From NCBI RefSeq assembly GCF_000281045.1, contig NW_008246071.1, forward strand, positions 961,353 to 1,025,352: a DNA stretch of 64,000 nt. The letters are read 5' to 3'. The notes under the pieces are model-generated. The model saw only the letters and a list, made by a program, of their open reading frames with translations. It had not been told where the DNA came from and did no database searches. This DNA comes from Saprolegnia diclina VS20. Taxonomy: Eukaryota. The position numbers and the translations under genes are program-made. Of this stretch, positions 58,801 through 64,000 are shown piece by piece (position 1 is the stretch's first letter; every line of letters starts with the position of its first letter).

Positions 58801-61430
58801 AGCCAAAGCCGAGGTTGAGAAAAATGTTGCCCGGAAAGACTTCGTCTTTGAGCGCGTCGACGGCCGGGTCTTCTTTCAGAGTGACCCACGCCGGCTCGGA
58901 CACCATGTTCTTCTCCAAGAGGTCCTTGGCTGCGTAGCGCTTGTACGCGACCTGCTTGCGCGTCGAAAGCTTTCCGTCGACCTTGCCCTTGCAGAGGTAC
59001 ACGAAAATGTCGGGGATCTGGGATGGGTCCCGCGGCAAGACGAGGTTGTCCGTCTCCCTGAGCTCGTTCCAGACCACGACGCCCTTGTTGTTTTCCCGTC
59101 GCTCAAACTCAAGCGAGTTGAGCCCGCACGTGATGACAATCTGCATCTTGGACTTGCGCGTTGCGCCAGATGCGAGCGACGTGATCTGCGGAATGTCCGA
59201 GCCGAGGCCGACGAACGCGCGGAGCCGGTAGATGGCCGTCTCGGGGTACGCGTGGTGCGCCAAAGGCGTCGCTTTCACGCGCTGGTTGACTTCTTCGAGC
59301 TTCTTGTCGTTCGAGTGGATCTCAAACGTCACGAGGATACGGCCGCGGTAAAACGTGGCCATGTCGGGAAACGTGTTCATTTGCTCCTTGACCGTGTCGC
59401 CCGAGAGCACATTGCCCTTGGCGTGTGCGATCGGCGCGCCGTACAAGTTGAGCCACGTGGGCCCCATACGCCCACCAAGCTTCTTGATGACGCGCAGCGA
59501 TTGGTACGAGTGCGCGACGACCTCGTCCTTCCCGACCTTGTCCCAGTCTTTGACGCACACCACGATCTGGTTGGCTAAGCTCGGCTCGTGCAACACAAGC
59601 CAGAGCTCGTCGTTGAAGGCCGGGTTGAGCTGGTGGCGCTCGCCGCTCTTGGTCTTGACGCGCGTTCGGATCGGCTTGGTGTTGCCCAAGGAGCACTGGA
59701 CGTACGCGTCGAGGCCTTGCTTGAAGCCGCCAAGGACGCTGTCCATGGGCGGCAAATGCTCGCCGACGTGGATGCGGCATACGAGGAAGTTGACTTCTTG
59801 CTTGACGCTCGACGGCATCATGACGGCGTCGAGGCCCGCGCTGTCGGGCCCGACCGGCGGCGGCGGCACAAACTTGTCGCCGGGACCCACAAGCGAGATC
59901 GAGACACGCAGGTAGCCTTGGACGCCTTCTTGGCCCGGCGCAATGAGGCCGAGCCACTTGTTGCAGATCTGGTGGTTGATATGCGAGTAGATGAACGAGA
60001 CGTCGAACTGGATCTCGCCAATGAGCTCGGCGCGCGTGAGCGTGTTGGCGTCCATGATGCTGAGCTTGATCGCGCCGGCCTCGACCTCGTCCTTGTCCAA
60101 ATTCCGGAACGTAAAGATGAGCGTGTCGTCCCAGACCGCGGAGAGCGTCTGCTTCTTGACGGCCGTGTGCTGCTCCTGGCCGAGCACGCTCACGTACACA
60201 ACCGGGTCGGACGTGCCAGTCGCATCTTTCGCCACGAGATCCCGGGCTTCAATCACATGCACTTGGATCGAGTAGTCGCCCGACTTGATGTTGATGTCTT
60301 CGAGCGCTTTCTTCTCTTCCTGCAGCGCTTTTTCCTTCTCTTCGGCCTCCTTCTTGAGCTCGTCGTCGCTCTTCTTGGGCGCTGCTTCGTCCGCATCGGG
60401 GTCGATCCCTTCCTCGTCGTCGTCGCCCGCCTACATTGTTTCGCTGAGTCAACTCGGTCCACGTTGGCACGACGCGTACGTCGGGGTTGCCCGTGAGCGC
60501 GTTCCCAATCTTGGAAAAGATCCCGCCGGCCTTCTTCTTGTTGGAGGCGACAACGTCCGTGACGTTGGCCGAGTAGATCCAGCGCAACGTGACCGTGAGC
60601 GTACCCAGGTCCTTCTTTTTTCGGAATTTCTTGTCGAGGAGGTCGAGCGTCACCGTGCGCGGCTTGCCGTCGCCAAGCGCCTCGAGAGACACCTTGGCCT
60701 GCCCCATAAAGTCGTTGACGGTCAAGTCGAAATCTTCGACAACGAAAAAGACGTCTTGGGTCACGTCCGTGACCGGCAGCTTGAACGACTCGTTCCACAT
60801 GCACGCAACACACTTGGTTTTCGTCGTCGTGTTGAGCTTGGTCTTGTTGCACGTGATGATGACGAGTGGGTCGCTCGTGCCACCAATGTCCATGGCCGGC
60901 AGCCCCGTCGCCGAGTCGATCGTCACGTGAAGGACATTCGGTGGGCCGGTCACGGGCGCCGCCGGCTCGTCGCCGTTCGCTGGCGCCGCCACCGCCGACG
61001 ACCCGGGATGGTGCACACTAAACTCGAGAAACAAGTCGCCGGTCGCAAAGCGCATTTTGCCAAACTTCTCGACGACGCACTTGTGCTGGAACGCGCCGCC
61101 GGCCATGACGCCGGTGCGAATGGCATCGAGCGGAACGAGCGCGCGCCCGAGCGGCACGTTCTTCAAGAGGTTCTTGTCGTAGACCGTGCACGCAAGGTAC
61201 GTGACCGTGCGCAAATCCACGTCGTTGCCGATCGTAAAGGTCTCGTTCCAGAGCGGGTTGATGGTCTTGGAGACGTCGCGCGTCTTGCGCGTCTCGGCTT
61301 TGAGCGGCTCGAAGCTGCTGTTGAGGTACGAGAGCTCGACGAACGGGTCGGACGTCTTGTTGGCGCCAAAGCCGTCGTTGCCGACGAGGTTGGTCGCCTT
61401 GACGACCACGACGCGGTACTCTTCGCTCAT
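55814..61430 (-). CDS. Ferlin (multi-C2, tail-anchored; myoferlin/otoferlin-like)
   Basis: Multiple C2 domains (TSDPFV, TSDPLV, TSDPVV, LCDPYI, KSDPYL); ferlin motifs YRGRIL, QDTDIHWR and FNWR; C-terminal TM segment. Confidence 0.93.
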
Positions 61431-61507
61431 CCGTCCGTCGGGAAATGACGCCTTCGAAATCCCCAATCGCGCAATGTTCGATCGAACGTTTCACGGATCT
61501 TCTTTCT

Positions 61508-61593
61508 CACCAACCACTGGATGCGACAACCAGTGTATTGCTATCCTGCGCACCAACCACTGGATGCGACAATCAGTGTATTGCTATCCTGCG
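61508..61593. repeat. 43-bp tandem duplication upstream of ferlin
   Basis: caccaaccactggatgcgacaa(c/t)cagtgtattgctatcctgcg x2 with one mismatch. Confidence 0.93.
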
Positions 61594-62156
61594 GCAAGCC
61601 AAGAGAGAGAAGTTAGGTCCCTACTTGTTGCTGCATCGAGGCCAGCTGCCACAGTCCGTCGGCGACGCCGCTGCAAGCCAGACCATCGACGATCCAGCGC
61701 CTGTTGCGATCTTTAAAGATACTTTTTTTAAACCATGTGGCGGTGCGATCACCGCGCAAGCGACAGGGCAGCTACACTGGCAGCTACGAGGTTGGCGCAA
61801 GGTGGCGGCGTGAGAGGCAAAGGAAGCAGTGTAAGCGTAGTCGGAGGCAGCTTTAGATCCCTGCCGTGTGCCTTGGGTGGTGTTTGCGACCCAAGCTCGT
61901 ACTTCGGGTAAAGGGAAGCGGTGAGCGGTCCATCGCCAAGCCGTGCGACCATCGAAGGATGAACGGAGCAAGCAGTGTTGGGATGGTTACCAGCAACAAC
62001 AAATGCTGGCGTGGCGAATACAGTGCAATTACTGTGCTGCATGATACACTGTATGGACAGAGGACGCAGCTAATAGAAGCGGCCAAGAGTAATGCCGAAA
62101 ATTACTGGCAAAGATTCGTTTTCTGGATCCTTGGGACGAACGGATACAGCGTCGCG

Positions 62157-62906
62157 CTATTGCAAGCAGAAGGGCAGCGGGCTTTTGCACGTGGCAGCGT
62201 TGCGGTGCCGGGACGCAGCGGCCGCCAGCTGCGCGACAAAGGCGAGGGCTGGCACTGCGCAGTCGCCGGCGCGACGCCCATGCTCGGCATCATCCCACTC
62301 GTTGGTTGCTTCAAAATGCGGACTCAAGAGCCCGATCGTGCCCCGTTGGTTTTTCCAGTATGGAAGGATAACACCGACAGGCGCGCCATGTCGGCCGACG
62401 TACGCCCCAAACCGCTCGGCACCAACGTCGAGCATCGGTGTCAAGTCGGGACCGCCTTGGTGGTACGTACTATAGCGCATGTTGTTGATCTCGACTGGGA
62501 CGATCCGCGCTTCGTCGTCGTCGAGCTCGTCAAAGCTAAAGAACGGGTCATGGTCCTTGTCCCGGACCAAGTCGAACTGCTCGACGCCGGCCGCATAGGC
62601 GCCAAGGCAGATGCCCAAGTACACGCCGCCGTCGGCCACGAAGCGCTGCACGGAGGGCCGGAGCTTCCGGTTGTTGGCAAAAAAGGTTGCAAACGACGTG
62701 TCGACGTCGTCGCCGCCGCCGGGCTGAACGTACAAGGTTGTCACCGGGTCTGCTACAGCCAGCGCCTTGGGAATGGCTTCCATGGACACGACGCGGACGT
62801 CGGGGATGCCAACGCGCCGAAGCATCGCGGCTGCATCGTACGAGCACTCGGGAATCTCGTTCTTCGGGTTGAGGAAGACGATCGCCAGCGCGAAAAGCGC
62901 CGCCAT
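62157..62906 (-). CDS. BPL_N-like / class I glutamine amidotransferase-like protein
   Basis: YVQPGGGD, FVADGGVYLGICLGAY (nucleophile-elbow Cys) and SPHFE; intronless; start uncertain. Confidence 0.8.
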   Translation of the reverse strand: MAALFALAIVFLNPKNEIPECSYDAAAMLRRVGIPDVRVVSMEAIPKALAVADPVTTLYVQPGGGDDVDTSFATFFANNRKLRPSVQRFVADGGVYLGICLGAYAAGVEQFDLVRDKDHDPFFSFDELDDDEARIVPVEINNMRYSTYHQGGPDLTPMLDVGAERFGAYVGRHGAPVGVILPYWKNQRGTIGLLSPHFEATNEWDDAEHGRRAGDCAVPALAFVAQLAAAASRHRNAATCKSPLPFCLQ

Positions 62907-63194
62907 CGTGGAGGATTTGCACTTGAGGCTACACGCACGCAACTTTCTCTGCAACAAAACCAGCACGTGGCTCCTTCAAGCGCTGCCGCATACCACTGCT
63001 TGTCGTTTGAATGCACGTGCTACAGGAGCTATTGTAGCCGAGAGGACTTAGCTTCGACATACACTTGCACTTACGAGCATCGCCGCAGTGCCGAGGCGAA
63101 GCATGTTGCGTGCGAGTAGCGTGCCGGGGCATTGCCGCAGCTGGCCTGTACCTAGGTAATTGTATGCTGTTGGAAGCCAATCGAAGCTGGCGGA

Positions 63195-63209
63195 TCATTT
63201 TTAGATTTC
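63195..63209 (+). promoter_or_regulatory. Inr/FPR core promoter with upstream CCAAT
   Basis: TCATTTTTAGATTTC just before ATG 63213; CCAAT at ~63177. Confidence 0.6.
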
Positions 63210-63212
63210 GCC

Positions 63213-64000
63213 ATGGCCCCCACGGTGCAGGTTCCCGTGCCCGAGCTGACGGCGCAGACGACGAAAGCGCTGCGGCTCCTCGGGTACTCGGAGACGGAAG
63301 CGACAATCATCCAGCGCATCCTCTTGTATGCGCAGCTCCGAGGCAACACGCAGGGCGTCGTCAAGCTCGTGACGCACGCGCTCGACAAGAGCCCGTTGTC
63401 GGCAGCGCATCCGATTCGTACGACGCGGGAGACGCCGACGATGGCGGCGATCGACGGCCACCAGCACTGCGGCATGCTCGTTCTGCAGCGAGCCACGGAG
63501 GTTGCGATCGCCAAGGCCAAGACAGCCGGCGTCAGCGTTGTGACGTGCCGCAACTATTGTACATACTACACGCTCGACTCGACGACGGCATCTCATGCTT
63601 GCACGTAGGCACGTCGACGGGCGCGATTGGGTATTACGCCCAGGAGATGGCGCGCCAAGGCTGCATCGGCTTTGTCTTCTCGGGCTCGCCGGAACTCGTG
63701 GCGCCCACGGGCAGCAAGATGCCGCTCTTTGGTACCAACCCGCTCGCAATGAGCTTCCCGCGCTCGGATGCCTCGGAGCCGCTCATGATGGACTTGGCGA
63801 CGTCGGCCATCTCGTACTACGCTGTTATTTTGGCCAAAATCGCCAAAATCGCAATCCCCGAAGGCGTTGCTGTGGATGTCAACGGTACCTCGCGTTCCAG
63901 GGAAGAGTCTCTAGTCTCAAGGTGCATTAGGTGCCACCACGACGGACCCCGCGGCTGTTCACGCGATTTTGCCGTTTGGTGGGCACAAGGGATCGGCGTT
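63213..64000 (+). CDS. Ldh_2 family (malate/L-lactate/ureidoglycolate dehydrogenase-like) oxidoreductase, truncated by window end
   Basis: IDGHQHCG, AIAKAKTAGV, GAIGYY, FGTNPLA, DLATS and ILPFGGHKGSA; two introns. Confidence 0.9.

Overview
Compact, GC-rich eukaryotic DNA. The ~40-55 bp GT-AG introns, CCAAT and Inr/FPR-type promoters and a GPCR-inositol-phosphatase fusion point to an oomycete, probably Saprolegniales (inference). About 25 protein genes are recognisable: capping-enzyme homolog, COG2, CS-domain protein, FAB1/PIKfyve, GPCR-5-phosphatase, GH16 glucanase plus a pseudogene remnant, RPA49, TSR3, MAPK, RPL7, RPL5, RPL14, PUS1, MATE, CNOT9/RCD1, calcineurin-B-like protein, TKL-PH-SAM kinase, J-protein, ferlin, BPL_N-like protein and an Ldh_2 dehydrogenase. 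Most unusual: (1) a gene-poor island (~21.0-27.0 kb) with three clusters of a 16-bp palindrome (GTCTC-N6-GAGAC), mostly at 31-bp spacing with variable spacers; (2) a 447-nt hairpin-dense first intron in RPL7; (3) an apparently intact capping-enzyme homolog lacking the catalytic residues of both domains. Gene models were spliced by eye, so some start codons and exon edges are approximate. No tRNA, rRNA or true CRISPR was seen.
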